Origin: Ginglymostoma cirratum | Lineage: Eukaryota | NCBI GenBank assembly: GCA_024137785.1 | Contig: JAHRHZ010000004.1 | Coordinates: 24,349,432-24,413,431, forward strand | DNA: 64,000 bases | Direction of reading: 5' to 3' | In this document: piece after piece, positions 11,850 through 26,064 of the stretch | Position numbering within the stretch: the stretch's first letter is position 1 | Layout of the letters: each line of letters begins with the position of its first letter | The notes under the pieces: model-generated | Seen by the model: only the letters and a program-made list of their open reading frames with translations | Databases searched by the model: none | What the model was told of the DNA's origin: nothing | Program-made: the position numbers and the translations under genes

Positions 11850-12400
11850 GGATAGCACAGATGAAGACTCTTAAGAAGCACCATCAATGCTGTTTGAGAC
11901 AGATTCTCCACCTCAGCTTGGAGCACAGCATACTAACAGCATCAGTGTCCATGAAGCAGCAAATAGCACTGGCATTGAGGCCATGATCATCCAAAACTCA
12001 TCCTCTGGGCCGGCCACATGCTTAGGAAGCCTGCGTTCTGAGTGCCAAAGCAAATCTCCTTCGCCCAGCTCAAGGTAAGCACTCAAACAAGAGGGGGACA
12101 AAGGAAATGTTTCAAAAACTCTCTTGAAGTCTTCCCTCAAGAAATGCAACATAGATGGTGATGTATGGGAAACGCTTGTTCAGAAAAAAACTGACTTGGA
12201 GGAAGTTTCTGTATGAAGGGACGCTGTTCTTCGAGAACACCACCCCCCCCCCACCGGCCCCCCCCACCAAACCCCCATTCACCTCACAAGAGAAAATACA
12301 GAAAAGAAACCAGAGAAAGGAATGCCAGTGGTCTCAAGGGCAAGGACCACTTCCACGTCCTGGGAACACTTGCCAAATGTGTGGCTTTCTCAGTATCTAC
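11850..12400 (+). mobile_element. RTE-clade LINE C-terminal fragment
   Basis: LWAGHMLRKP..VPKQISFAQLK..RGGQRKCFKNSL..LKKCNI, RTE C-terminal signature. Confidence 0.85.
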
Positions 12401-15400
12401 AGCGTGGGTTTTATCTTTTATGAGATAAAATATTGGCTGTATTTTGCTTTATTTCCAAGTTAAGCCGGTTGAAAGGCTGCAGTGCCTGAAGGAAAAGCTG
12501 GACAATGGATCAGGAAAATATTCTGATAGGTCAGACATTGGTGAGGTACAACTTTTCGACATGCACTATTTAAACATTTCTAAAAGCTAGACCAATCACT
12601 GCATATTCATTGGTTCACAGGACTGTGCATTTCATTTAGAACAAGACCCCATATTTATTACAGTATTTCTTAACCACGTTTGGTAATTTAGTTTATTCAA
12701 GGAGGACTTTTTAATGACACAAAAGAAGAAAGGAATGTTCCAATCAAATTAGGTCATCTTATTGGCTAATTAAATCTTGTTGGATGTTAATAAATTTCTC
12801 ATTTTCTTTACTTCAGAAAAAGAGTAATGAAACGCCAGGTGAAACAGCTGTAACCTTGTAGTGATATCATTAAATATATAACTGTCCTATGGTCATGTCA
12901 GCATGTATTCAGTGACTGATGGGCTCCTGTTGTGACAGCCAGAGATATGCAGAGTTAAAGGTCCAAAGCTCTATCACAGGTATGAGTTGTGATAGCTGGC
13001 CTGAGTTAGGGGGCAAACTGTATTTGGCTCCAGTTTCCAGGTTGAACTTTAGCTTCAGCCCTTACTCCTGGCTGTCCTCTTTACCTCTGCCTCTGGAAGA
13101 TGAACACTGATGGATGCTGGGTGAGAACTGGTTCGATGTAATGACTCCCACTATCCCTTTCCAAACACATGCACGCAACCAGAAACAGTCTTGACTTGGA
13201 TAATGGAATTGCACCATGAATAAAATGCTGACAGGGCACCCACTGCCCATGCAGCCATGACACATTATAGGCCTTTACCTTCAAAAGAACAAAGTTTGAG
13301 GAAAAGCTGCAGAATTGGGGCACAAACTCTTCCAGCCAATCAGAATTCCTCCCCTTTCCTCTGTATATTTTGATCTGATGCTTCAAAAAACCACGGAAGG
13401 TTTTCAGAGATATTTAATCCTTTCATGACATCACTTCTGCTCAATACAGTAATCTCCTCCAAACCCTTACAACCAATTGAAAACTTTACCTTCCTCCAAT
13501 TCTAATTTCTTGTGCACCTCTTCCTCCCTTTGCCCCACCACTGACAGCTGTCCAAGCTCTCTGATTTCCTTCCCCAAAAGTACTTGAATCTCTACCTTTC
13601 TCTGCGTGAGATTAAACACTCATTTCTGGGAGCAAATGAGGATTATGCTCACGTGTGGAGCCTTCAAAGCAAGTAGGCAGACACTTTAATGGAGAAGTGA
13701 AGGAGATGGGTTAGTTTGAAGTATAGCTTGGTTTGACAGGTCAACAGATTGAAGCAGTTACATTGCTCATTGCTATCCCAATGTATTTTTTTTTTTCATT
13801 TCCAATGCAATCTTAATTGTTTAGGGTGAAGGAGAATGGTTCATATCTGAAGCCATTAACTATCCGCTCCATGACAGAACTTAGATTTAGACTAAGGAAA
13901 TTCAAAGAAAGACACCAAGGAAAGAAAGATGGGATAAGGTAAAGAGTGCGAGAGAAAAACCGGCAGACCATGATAAGTATGATTTTGTTTAGACTGGAGG
14001 TTGTTACTGTGCCCAATACAGGAAATTTTCACTTTTCATAAATTAGACACAAACTGTCTGATCAAATGGCTGCTGCAAATCGGCAGCATTTACAGTAGTG
14101 AGGGAGAGGAGGATCCTGCGACAGGCAGTCAGCAGCATCTAGAGGATATAACCTGTAATCTGTAAAAGTACACTTGTTATCAGTGCACAGTTGTTGTGTG
14201 GTGATGTTACATTTATTTGAGATGAGTGCATGGGAATAAATAACCTTCTTTAGTTTTAAATTCACAGAAGCTTGCTACACACTTGCTTGGAATGCATACT
14301 CCAAGAGCAAGACAAGGCACTTCCATTTAAAACACACTGATTCCAGTCAGTATACATACATAATGTCCAAGATAGAATGTTGTTCTTTAGTCATTACATT
14401 TATTAGTAAAGCAACATGACAAATTTTTGTCGGAATGCAGCCTGAGCCTTTGTCCCCTTTTTAATGCTGACAACTTTGTTTCCATGTCTATCAAAATCTA
14501 ATGTAACCCTAGATAAATCAGTCTCCAGTCTCCCTGGATTCACATCCTGTGTAGCTGATGTCCATTAAAATAGAACTCAAATACTCTTGGGGCTGTTACC
14601 AACTCTGGTGCCTCAAGTCTGCTGATCTTCCATCTGACTGTCAGAAGTCTGTTTGGATTTGGTGATGCCTGACAGGTGAGAATGGATCAGGGCTTCTCTG
14701 ATTTCCAATGCACTGCCCACTAGCCATTGCACAGCATGGGATAGGTATCTTTCAAACACTTAATTGCTGTAAAATCATGCCCAGCCAGTCTCATTACTCC
14801 TGCAGGAGATAACGCCTGTCTCAAGGCAGAGAATCCCAACATGAAAGATGCTCCACTGATCTGCTGCAACAAATACACAAAAATACATAGCTCCTTCAGA
14901 AATGCTTGCTGCAGTGTAACCAGCAGGCTTGCTCTGTTGAGTAAGGAATGAAATGTCCCTGAGGTACAGCACTCACCGGGTAAAAGCTAACAAATCATTC
15001 ACTTCTGCTAGTGTTATTTGTGTATGTCTTCATGTCAGCTCTTGTAGCTGTACAGTGCTCAGAGAGAACAGGCTGACAGTTCACTTATGTCTGATACGGT
15101 CGAAGCTCCCTGTATTCTAATTTCACATCCTGTACTGACATTCCGTACACTGGTTACTGAAGAGCCCGACTAGTTCTGGTGATCACAGAGACACAGTCGC
15201 TTCAAGTGGTCTCTGAGAAACTGAGGAGCCCGCCTCGAAGGACACTGCCAAGGTTAAAAAGAATAGAAGGAAAGATTAAATAAATAATAATTGTTTAAAC
15301 TGAAAGGATGGGATGGTTGATATTTGCCTCATGTGCCAATGATGAATGTATTCTTTATTATTTATGATTGATTCAAAAGATACCAGTTCCTTCAGTTTTT

Positions 15401-15639
15401 AATAAATTTGGTGAACGTAGTTGGTAGCAGGAGCATGAAAGCCATTTTCAATCAATTAGTGTGATTGTTAAGTGTGTGTCAAAGATTTGGCAAATGGAAT
15501 ATAATGTGGAAAAATATGAGCTCGTTCACTTTGGTAGGAAGAATAGAATACCATTTAAGTGGAAAGAGATGGCTGTGGTCATGCTGCAGTGCAGAGAGAT
15601 CTGAGTTTCATTGTAGATGAATGACAATTAATTATTTAT

Positions 15640-15770
15640 TATGTGAAGGTACCGGTGTTGGACTGGGGTGGACAAGATCAAAAGGCACACAACAACAAGT
15701 TAGCGTCCAACAGGCTTACTCGAGGTCGCAAGCTTGCTGAGCACTGCCCCTTCATTAGGGGAAGTGAAGA
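15640..15770. mobile_element. Short repeat, second Penelope-associated family
   Basis: ggtgttggactggggtggacaa..cacacaacaacaagttagcgtccaacagg homologous to 62545-62694. Confidence 0.65.
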
Positions 15771-15813
15771 GACTAAGTTATTCAGGCACAACAAATAATT
15801 AGGAAGGCAAATC

Positions 15814-16049
15814 TGTAGCGATTGTAACAAGGTCAGCCAGCTGGACCGCAATGAATATGAGTTCCCTGATTGGGGCTGTTAATCTGGTCCAATCAGAGAG
15901 CCCTGACTACATATAAAAAAAGGTGAAAGTTAGAGATACTGACATCCTGGTGCTTGACTGTAGAAGGGCAGTGCTGTAGTCAAGGGAGTTTATGTGTAAA
16001 CACAGGATGACTTTGTGAGGGGATTACTGGTCTCTGTAGATTTACTTCA
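15814..16049 (+). mobile_element. Solo-LTR-like element
   Basis: TG...CA ends, inverted CCAAT pair (15864-15898), TATA-like tataaaa near 15912; interrupts CR1; second copy at 41931-42153; no clear TSD. Confidence 0.7.
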
Positions 16050-16628
16050 GAGTTGAGTGTTGGCCTTTACTTGAAGGGCTACAGAGAATAAAGGCAGGGC
16101 TACCACTGCTTAGGGTATCAACGAGACTGCACCTAACGTGCTGCGCACAGTTCTGGTCTTCTTATCTCAGAAGGGTTTGTATTTGCCTTGGAGGCAATTC
16201 ACGGAAAGCTCACTCAGCTGATTCCTGTGATGAAGGCTGAGGAAAGGTCAGGCCTGGCCAGCACTCAATGAAGTTTAAAGGAATGCAAAGTGATTTTGTT
16301 GAAAAATTTAAGATTCAGAGGTGGCTTGCCAAGGTAAATACTGAGAGTATTCTTTTATCTTGCTGGAGAACATAGAAGTAGGATCAGAATAAGGAGAAAT
16401 ATCTTGTCTCAGAGAGTTATTAATCTTCAGAATTTTGTCCTCCAAAGAGCAACAGAGGTCAATGGATATATTTAAGGCTGAATTTGGTAGATATTTAATT
16501 TATAAGTGAGTATGGGGGACAGGCAGGTAAGTAAGGTTAAGATCAGCCCTGTCTAGACTGGTGGGGCATGCTCATTGGGGTCAAATGGCTGACTAATACT
16601 CCTATTTCTTACATTTTTATGATGAATC

Positions 16629-16949
16629 CATAGAATCATAGAATCCCTACAGTGTGGAAACAGGTCCTTCGGCCCAACAAGGCCACGCTGACCCTCGGAG
16701 CATCCTGCCCAGACCTATCCCCCTATAACCCAACTAAGCTACACATCCCTGAACACTATGGGCAATTTAGCACGGCCAATCCACCTAACCTGCACATCTT
16801 TGGACTGTGGGAGGAAACCGGAGCAACCAGAGGAAACCCACACAGACACAGGGAGAACGTGCAAACTCCACACAGACAGTCACCTGAGGGTGGAACTGAA
16901 CCTGGGTCCCTGGTGCTGTGAGGCAGCAGTAGTAACCACCATGCCACCC
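16629..16949 (-). mobile_element. HE1-type tRNA-derived SINE
   Basis: tRNA-like head, core gtgtggagtttgcacgttctccc, LINE-like tail ending gattctatg. Confidence 0.92.
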
Positions 16950-17045
16950 TAAATCCTGCTGGAAAATGCACAAGGATGGACATTGGGTGAGGACAAGACT
17001 GAACTTAACAATGATTTTTCTCCCTTGTCCCCCAAGAGACCCCCA

Positions 17046-17367
17046 GGGTGGCACAGTGGCTTAGTGGTTAGCACTGCTGCCTCACAGTGCCAGGGATCCA
17101 GGTTCAATTCCATCCTCAGGCAACTGTCTGTATGGAGTTTGTACATTCTCCCCGTGTCTGCGTGGGTTTCCTTTGGGTGCTCTGGTTTCCCCCCACTGCA
17201 CAAAGATGTGCAGGCTAGGTACATTGGTCTTGCTAAATTGCCTGTAGTGTTCAGGGATGTGTAGATTAGGTGGGTTATAGGGGGATGAGTCTGGGTGGGA
17301 TGTTCTGAGGGTCAGTGTGGACTTGTTGGGCCAAAGGGCCTGTTTCCACATTGTAGGGATTCTATGA
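17046..17367 (+). mobile_element. HE1-type tRNA-derived SINE, full length
   Basis: A box tggcttagtgg, B box ggttcaattcc, conserved core, tail gggattctatga. Confidence 0.93.
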
Positions 17368-18085
17368 AGTGTCAATTAATGTGGTTTGAACCTCCATCCA
17401 TGTTCCTGTCACACATTCACAACTGTGACCTGAACAATTTACCTAATAGTAGCCAGTGCCTTTGGACCGCCTCCCAGTGATAGTGGTGCCTTTAAGAGTA
17501 GACAAGATAAAATGGTGATGAAAAAGATCTAATTTTTATAAAAGCAAGTCGATTTAATTGGATGAAACATTAACATTTTGTTAATCTCCTGTGCGCTTAC
17601 AAAATATAGATCCTCAACTTCAACAGCTCGCATTTATAATAGTGCCTTTAAGGTAGTGCTATCTTTGGGATGGTTTGCTCAGACTGGAAACTGTCTCAAT
17701 TTTAATCACAAAACAGGAACAAGTCAATGCTGTTTCAAACCGGTTGTAAATTTACTGATCAACATGTTTATTTTAAAAGATGAAATCCATTTTTTTTTCT
17801 GGTTTCTTTTGATTTAGGCCTGGAGGATTTCTAACCAAATGTTAGTCTGCAAACATCCCTTTCTGAAGGAACGTTACTCCAGAGTGAGAGCGACTGTGTT
17901 TCTAAATGGGCAGATCATGTTGAATGACATGCTATCTTGCAGCAAAATGAACTTGCATTTTGCTTATTCTTTCATTATTAGACAGGCCAGCCTTTGTTGC
18001 CATTCCCAAATGCCCTCATATCACCCCTGCTGTTATCTTGCTGTGAACATCACCATTGGAGATCTGCTAATTACCTTTTAAAGAT

Positions 18086-19113
18086 GAAAACAAAAAATGC
18101 TGGAAATCACAGCAGGTCAGGCAGCATCCACGGAGAGAGAACAAGCTAATGTTTTGAGTCCAGATGCCTCTTCATGAGAGCTGACATAATGTGTGGAGCA
18201 TTTATGCAATAGTTGGGAGGGGGGTGAGGGTTGGAGTGCTGGGGGAGAAAGGGCGTTGATAAAGCAGATTAAGTGTTCAGAATGGCAGAACAATGGTGTG
18301 TCTAACTGCCAGACTGGAAAGAACACACAGTCCCACTAGAGGGGAGGTCGGACATGGTGACAGAGAATGAAACAAGTAAAGCTAAAAGAAAGGAAAGGAT
18401 TCACAAGTTGAAGGTGTTGAACTCAATATTAAGTCCAGAAGGTTGTAAAGTACCTTGTCTGAAGATGAGATGTTGCTTCTCCAGTCTTCGGTGAACACAT
18501 TAGAGTTTAGAACAACCAATTCTTGTTTTGAGAAAGCAACTTTTATGTAGTTGTATGTCCTGTGGCATTTCATAGGACCATTATCAAACAAAATTTGACA
18601 CCCAGCCACTGAGCAGACATTAGAACAGATGATTCACCGTTTCCTTCTCTTCACTTGGAACTATGTGCACCACATGGACTGCAACAAGATAGGAAAATGG
18701 CTCACATTCTCAAACGCAATTAGGAGTGGGCATAAAATGCTGCAATGCTCACGTCCATAAAAGAACAAGCAAAACCTCTGTGCCCCATCTATCAACTACT
18801 GACTATGCGGTATGAACAATAGATCTTTTACGGTGAAGAATTCAGGTACATGAAAGCCATTTTATGATTAATCATAGATGAAACCTAAGATATAGATAGC
18901 AGAAGAAAATGCTTCCTGTACTATTTCTGACCTTCGCTGGAGCATTGCTGCATGCCGAGGGCAGACAAATGGACATGTGAGCAGGATATTGTGTTAAAGT
19001 GACTGGCTATGGGAAGGTTAGGTCTCTTCATGGATGTTGCCTGACCTGCTGTGATTTTCAGCAAGTTTTATTTTCAGTACAGATTCCAGCATCTGCAATA
19101 ATTCGCTGCTATG
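18086..19113 (-). mobile_element. Penelope-like element 3' fragment with inverted termini, interrupted by a 443-bp insert
   Basis: gttgaactcaatattaagtccagaagg is antisense to 40405-40432; 10-bp TSD ttttaaagat at 18076-18085 and 19114-19123. Confidence 0.85.
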
Positions 19114-20121
19114 TTTTAAAGATAGTGTGAATGGGAACTGTATAGAATTGAAACAGAACACTGCAAACCGCAATGATCATGAGTTATTTACAGTGGTGGG
19201 ATGGGTTGTTAGAAGGTCACAGGCACAAGGGAGAGAAACCTTAATGCTGAGAGGAACTTGAGAATAGAGCAGTTAGCACAATGCACACCCAAACAAAAAA
19301 ACATTTGAAATGCTTCGTTTAATAAGCAAGTGAAACTATCCAAAGGCAGGAATCAAGAAGGAAAGATGAAAGGGCTGAATTTCCACTCACATAACCCAGG
19401 GGGCTTGGATAAGATTCTACATTAGCTTCCTTGGTAACAGATTAGTCATCAGGTCATGCAAGACAAATGAACAGATGCGTTTTATTCCCTGTACAGTAGT
19501 GAATAGGTGAACACATCTCAATTATTATTGGTTAACATGCAGCAATTGCTTTTGAAGTAATAACTAGACCCAATAGAAAGATTTCTTGCTGGCTGGCTCT
19601 AGAGACTGAGAGCTCAGTGAAGAAGCTCAAAAGGGAGGATTTACTACAGACTTCTCAGAAAATACAATAATTGAAGGAAAGGTCAGAAATAGTACAGGAA
19701 GCATTTTCTTCTGCTATCTGTATTTTAGGCTTCATCTATGATTAATCATAAAATGGCTTTCGTGTACCTGAATTCTGTACCGTAAAAGATCTATTGTTCA
19801 CACCGCATAGTCAGTAGTTGATAGACGGGGCACAGAGGTTTTGCTTGATCTTTTATGGACGTGAGCATTGCAGCATTTTATGCCCACTCCTAATTGCGTT
19901 TGAGAATGTGAGCCATTTTCCTACCTTGCTGTAGTCCATGTGGTGCACACAGTTCCAAGTGAAGAGAAGGAAATGGTGAATCATCTGTTCTAATGTCTGC
20001 TCAGTGGCTGGGTGTCAAATTTTGTTTGATAATGGTCCTATGAAATGCCACAGGACATACAACTACATAAAAGTTGCTTTCTCAAAACAAGAATTGGTTG
20101 TTCTGAACTCTAATGTGTTCA
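18492..20121. repeat. Long inverted repeat: 18492-18934 vs 19679-20121
   Basis: Two 443-bp arms, reverse complementary, about 15 substitutions counted by eye, no indel, 744-bp spacer. Confidence 0.97.
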
Positions 20122-20724
20122 TAGATGTCCCCTAATTTGTTTCAAGTTTTCTGCTGTCAAAGTCAGAATAAGAATGCTGAGGTAGCTGGAATGGAAGAGA
20201 AATAGAGGGGTGATGATTGGCAAGTTATCGAGTTGTCACATAATTGGGAAAATCTCTTACAATGGTCTTGGAGTCTAACCTGATTGTATCTGTAGAACTC
20301 TGGAGAGGAGCTTGGTGCTATAAGTGGTGGGAATAGCACTTCGTCAGTTTTGGGACCTTGTACAAATCCAGTCCAGATAATTTTCAGCAAGACTGCTTTA
20401 CATTTGGAGGTAGCTTCAAAGATAGGTAGTGGTAAGGATGTGGAGGGATTTGAGAATTGTTAAATGAATGAATAGGTTTGTTTATTAAACAGGCCATAAA
20501 TACCAGTATCAATGAGAGCTTCACATGTTCCCTGAATAATCGATATCTAACTCTAGTGACACACAGCTCAGGACTTTCTCCAGCCACAACCCAAGTTTGG
20601 AGGATTCTATAACTGTATATTTCTCACACAGCAAAACAATTTCACATCCTCAGTATGACACCTTGTTGAAATCATAACAATATGACAAGTAACTCTCCCC
20701 GAGTGCGAGAAGATTTAATAGACG

Positions 20725-22375
<1,651 letters not shown>

Positions 22376-22729
22376 TTACTAGTTATTAATATATTATACC
22401 ACTTACAATGAAAAATATTCAATGGATGATCAAAACATTCCAGTGGAATGATATCTGTTAAGTCACTATTTTCTTTTGATAACATGTGTTTGATGTTTTT
22501 ACTTATTTTTGTAGAAAGCGAAACAAATCAACTGCCTGTGGAGTAAATCTCCCCAGTGCCACTACAGATTGCTATCCTATTGGCTCTGGTCTGGAAGCAG
22601 TAGCTGCTGACAGCAAGCCTGACTTGGTCTTGGGTTACACTGTCGGGTTCACGTCATTGTCTGGTCTGGGAAAGCAGTGACCTGTTCACTGCACCACAGA
22701 AATATACAGAAGGTCCCAACTTTAGTATT

Positions 22730-23360
22730 TCATTTTTGTGCCTTCATGATATGGAATATGGGTAGATCACTAGCTAGGCTAGCATTTATTGCCCATTACA
22801 ATTTGGCGAGCTCCCTTCTTGAACAGCTACAGTCCACATGGCATAGGTACACCCATAGTGCTGTTAAGATGGGAATTCCAGAATTTTAAGCCAGTGACAA
22901 TGAAGGAACAACTACATAGTTCCAAGTTAGTATCATATGTGTCTCAGAGGGGAACTTGTATGTTGCTATACTCCCATGCTTCCGCTGCCCTTCATCTGCC
23001 ACATGATGGAGGTCTTCAGTTTGGAAGGTGCTGTGTGACAAGCCTCAGTGAGTTGCTGCTTTGCATTTTGCATATGGTACACCCTGCTGCCACTGTGGTG
23101 GAAGGAGTGAACATTTAATTTAAATGGACCAAGTGTCAGTCAGGCTGGGTTCTTTGCTTTAAGTGGTGCTGAGTTCTGGAACCACACTTGAGTCAAGTGG
23201 AGGATAGTCCATCACACTGCTGACTTGTGTCCTGTAGCTGGTAGACGGGTGGTGGAGAGTGAGGAGGTGAGTTACTGTCCTAAAAACACTTCGTATCTGT
23301 TCTTGTAGCTGTGGTATTTATATGGCTGACCCAGTTCAGTTTTTGGTCATTAGTGATCTT
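22730..23360 (-). mobile_element. 3' fragment of the same LINE family as 2595-5352
   Basis: agcatttattgcccat tail; tccatcacactgctgacttgtg matches 2685-2706. Confidence 0.8.
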
Positions 23361-23429
23361 CACGTTCCCCCTGTTTCAGTATAACAAACTAACATCAATG
23401 TATGATACGGCTAACAATATGTGAATAAC

Positions 23430-23685
23430 AACCTGATAATTGATGTTGATTATAGCATAGATATTAGCCATGACACTAGGAATAACTCCCTGCTTTTCTT
23501 TTGAAATACCATAGGATTCACATGCAGGTAAAGCCTCAGTTTAACATCTCATCTGAAAGATGGCTCCTTTGACATTGCAGCACTCCTTCAGTACTGCATT
23601 TGAGTATAAACTGTGCTTTTAACTTGCTTGGGATTTGACCACAGGACCTTTTTATGCAAAGACAAGGGTGATACCAACTGAGCCT
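23430..23685 (-). mobile_element. Deu-domain SINE (SacSINE1-like)
   Basis: Minus: tRNA head ggctcagttggta.. then gcagtactgaaggagtgctgcaatgtc..catctttcagatgagatgttaaactgaggc, matching the Deu core as recalled. Confidence 0.75.
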
Positions 23686-23699
23686 CATTCTATAATCCT

Positions 23700-24125
23700 G
23701 TTGCACTTTCCATTTATCCTCTATTATGTTATGGAATACATCACCAATGCTCAGCAAAAGCAGTGTGTACTATTTACAAGATGCACTGCAGAATTCACCA
23801 AAGATCCTCAGACACCACCTTCCAAATCCATGACCTCTTCCGTCTAAAAGGACAAAGGCAGCTGATACATGGTAAGGCCACCACCTGCAAATTCCCCTCC
23901 AAGCCACTCACCATCCTGATTTAGAAATAGACCACCATTCCTTCACTGTTGCTGAGTCAAATTCCTGGAATTCCCTCCCTAATGGCATCATAGGTCAATC
24001 CACAGGAGGTAGACTGCAGCGGTTGAAGAAGGCAGCTCACCATCACCTTTCCGAGGGCAACTAGGGATGGGTTAAAAACTGTTAGCCAGGCCAGCAATAC
24101 TCACATCCCACAAATTAATCAAAGA
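23700..24125 (+). mobile_element. 3' fragment of the same LINE family as 2595-5352
   Basis: Ends gagggcaactagggatggg..gccaggccagcaatactcacatcccacaaa, antisense to 2600-2637. Confidence 0.8.
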
Positions 24126-24139
24126 AACACAGACTTGTT

Positions 24140-25260
24140 ACAACTTAGTGCCATTCTCTTGTTTTTTCCCTGTATCCCTGCACTTTATTTCTTTTTAAAC
24201 AATCACATAATATCCTTTTGAATGCCTTTATTGAACCTATCTCCATTGCTCTTCCGGATAATGTATCGCAGATTCTAACAACTCTCTGTGTGAAAATAAG
24301 GTATTTTCATCTTTTACAAGCAAGAACAGTTTCTCTCTGTCTACTCTATCCAGACCTCTCATGATTTTGAAAAATTCTATCAGATCTCCAATTCTCCTCT
24401 CCAAGGAAGCAAAAGTCCTAACTTCTCTAATCAATCTGGTGTTTCCCATCGCTGGACCATTCTTGTAAACCTCTTCTGCACTTCCCAGTGCTTTCGCATT
24501 CTACCCTAAGTCGGCTTCCAGAATGGTACAAATGCTCCAGCTGGGGTCTGACTGATGTCCTATGCAAGTTTAACATAACCTCCTTGCTTTTGAACTCTAT
24601 GTCCCCACTAATAAAATGCAGGATGCTGTATGCGATTGGCTGCTGTGTCCACCTGTCCTGTTACCTTGAATGTTCTTTCTACTAAAATTTATCACCTCAC
24701 TTCTCCACATTGAACTTCACCCATCAGCTTTCTGCTAACTCCATTAACTAGTCAATGTCCTTTCCAAATTCTACATTGTCCTCCTCACAGCTTACAATGC
24801 TTCCAAGTTTTGCTTCATCTGCAAATGATGTCTTAATACTGAGCCCTGGGAAACTTCACTGGAAACCATCCTCCAGCCTGAAAAATATCCATTAACCTAT
24901 TATTATGTTTCCTTTGACTCATCCAATTTTGTATTCATGTTGCTACTGCCCCTTTTATTCCATGACTTCCTATGTATCTCACAAGTCTATTGTATGACAC
25001 TGTATTAAAGTCCATTAATGTCACATTAACAGCATCACCCTCATAAATATGCTGTTACCTCTTCAGAAAACTTCAACAAATTAGTTAAACACAGTTTTTC
25101 TTAAGAAATCCATTCTAGCTCTCCCTATTTATCCATGTGGATATCCATTCTATCCAGAATTATTTTTTCTAGAAATTACTCCACCACACAAGTTAAACTG
25201 ACCTGTTTGTAATTTCTGGGCATATGCATACACTGTGTTTTGAACAAGACTGTAATGTTT
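24140..25260 (-). mobile_element. CR1-type LINE fragment
   Basis: RRIGDLIEFFKIMRGLDRVDREKLF. Confidence 0.85.
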
Positions 25261-26064
25261 GCAATTTAGCTGGTTCTATCTTGCCTATCAAGAAAATCTC
25301 AATACAGCTAATAGGAAAGCACCTTAGACCATCATTGTTTAAACTCAGATAGCCAGGTGATGTATAATACAAAAATAAATTCTACTTCAGTTTAATTCCA
25401 CATTTTTGTGGGCTGAAGGCTTTTTTCTGTGCTGTAGATCTCAATGACTCTGTGACTATATTTTTTGAAAAGAATGAAGTAAAGTAAATTAGCAATGGTA
25501 GATCAAATTAAACAAAAATCAAAAGTGCAAAGTAGATTTAAAATGGAAATTACAATGTTGTTATGGGTGGAGATAATACACTGGAGCCTCCCCCTCAATA
25601 CCTAGCAGTCAAGAAAACAATCAACTGTACCAGTGGATGTAGCATGCTCCCTCTCCAAGAACCTGGGGGTGGGTACTGCTGCTACAAGTAGGAGTGCAAG
25701 ACAATCCCCAATTAATAGCCATCATGTTAACATAATTGACCCTCAGTTGATATCAAATTAACAATAATAATCTTTCATGTAGCAGAGAGGTTAATGTCAC
25801 TGGGCACAGCTTGAAAGTAAAAGGGCTGAAAGATTAGAGGGATCTACAGAGAATTAGTTTGTATCCAGTGGGTAGTATGGGCCTGGAATTCACTGCTTGG
25901 AAGAATGGAAGTGCAAGAAACCTTTGTTGCATTTATAAAGTTTTTGCTTATGAACTTGAAAAACCTTAAGTTACAGGACTGCCATCCAAGAACTGGAAAG
26001 TGGAATTGGGCTGAATGGGTTCTTGTTTACTGACAGACACAATTATCCAAATAGCCTTCTCTTA

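Larger units (their letters stand above)
15470..16620 (+). mobile_element. Old CR1-type LINE fragment with two nested inserts
   Basis: tggcaaatggaatataatgtggaaaaat..cactttggtaggaagaatag; cacagttctggtct; CR1 tail near 16540-16615. Confidence 0.8.

Noticed and set aside
12241-12276. C-rich tract with G-quadruplex potential on the minus strand
   Set aside because: Simple low-complexity expansion inside an RTE relic; no evidence of function.
14900-15255. Unique region with splice-donor-like words on both strands
   Set aside because: Stops in all frames next to the minus-strand donor; no supportable exon.
17046-17115. tRNA gene
   Set aside because: A and B boxes belong to a SINE head continuing into core and LINE-type tail; the same applies to other heads.
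18492-20121. DNA transposon with long TIRs
   Set aside because: No outer TSD, no transposase, and one arm lies inside a TSD-bounded Penelope whose remainder is in the spacer.
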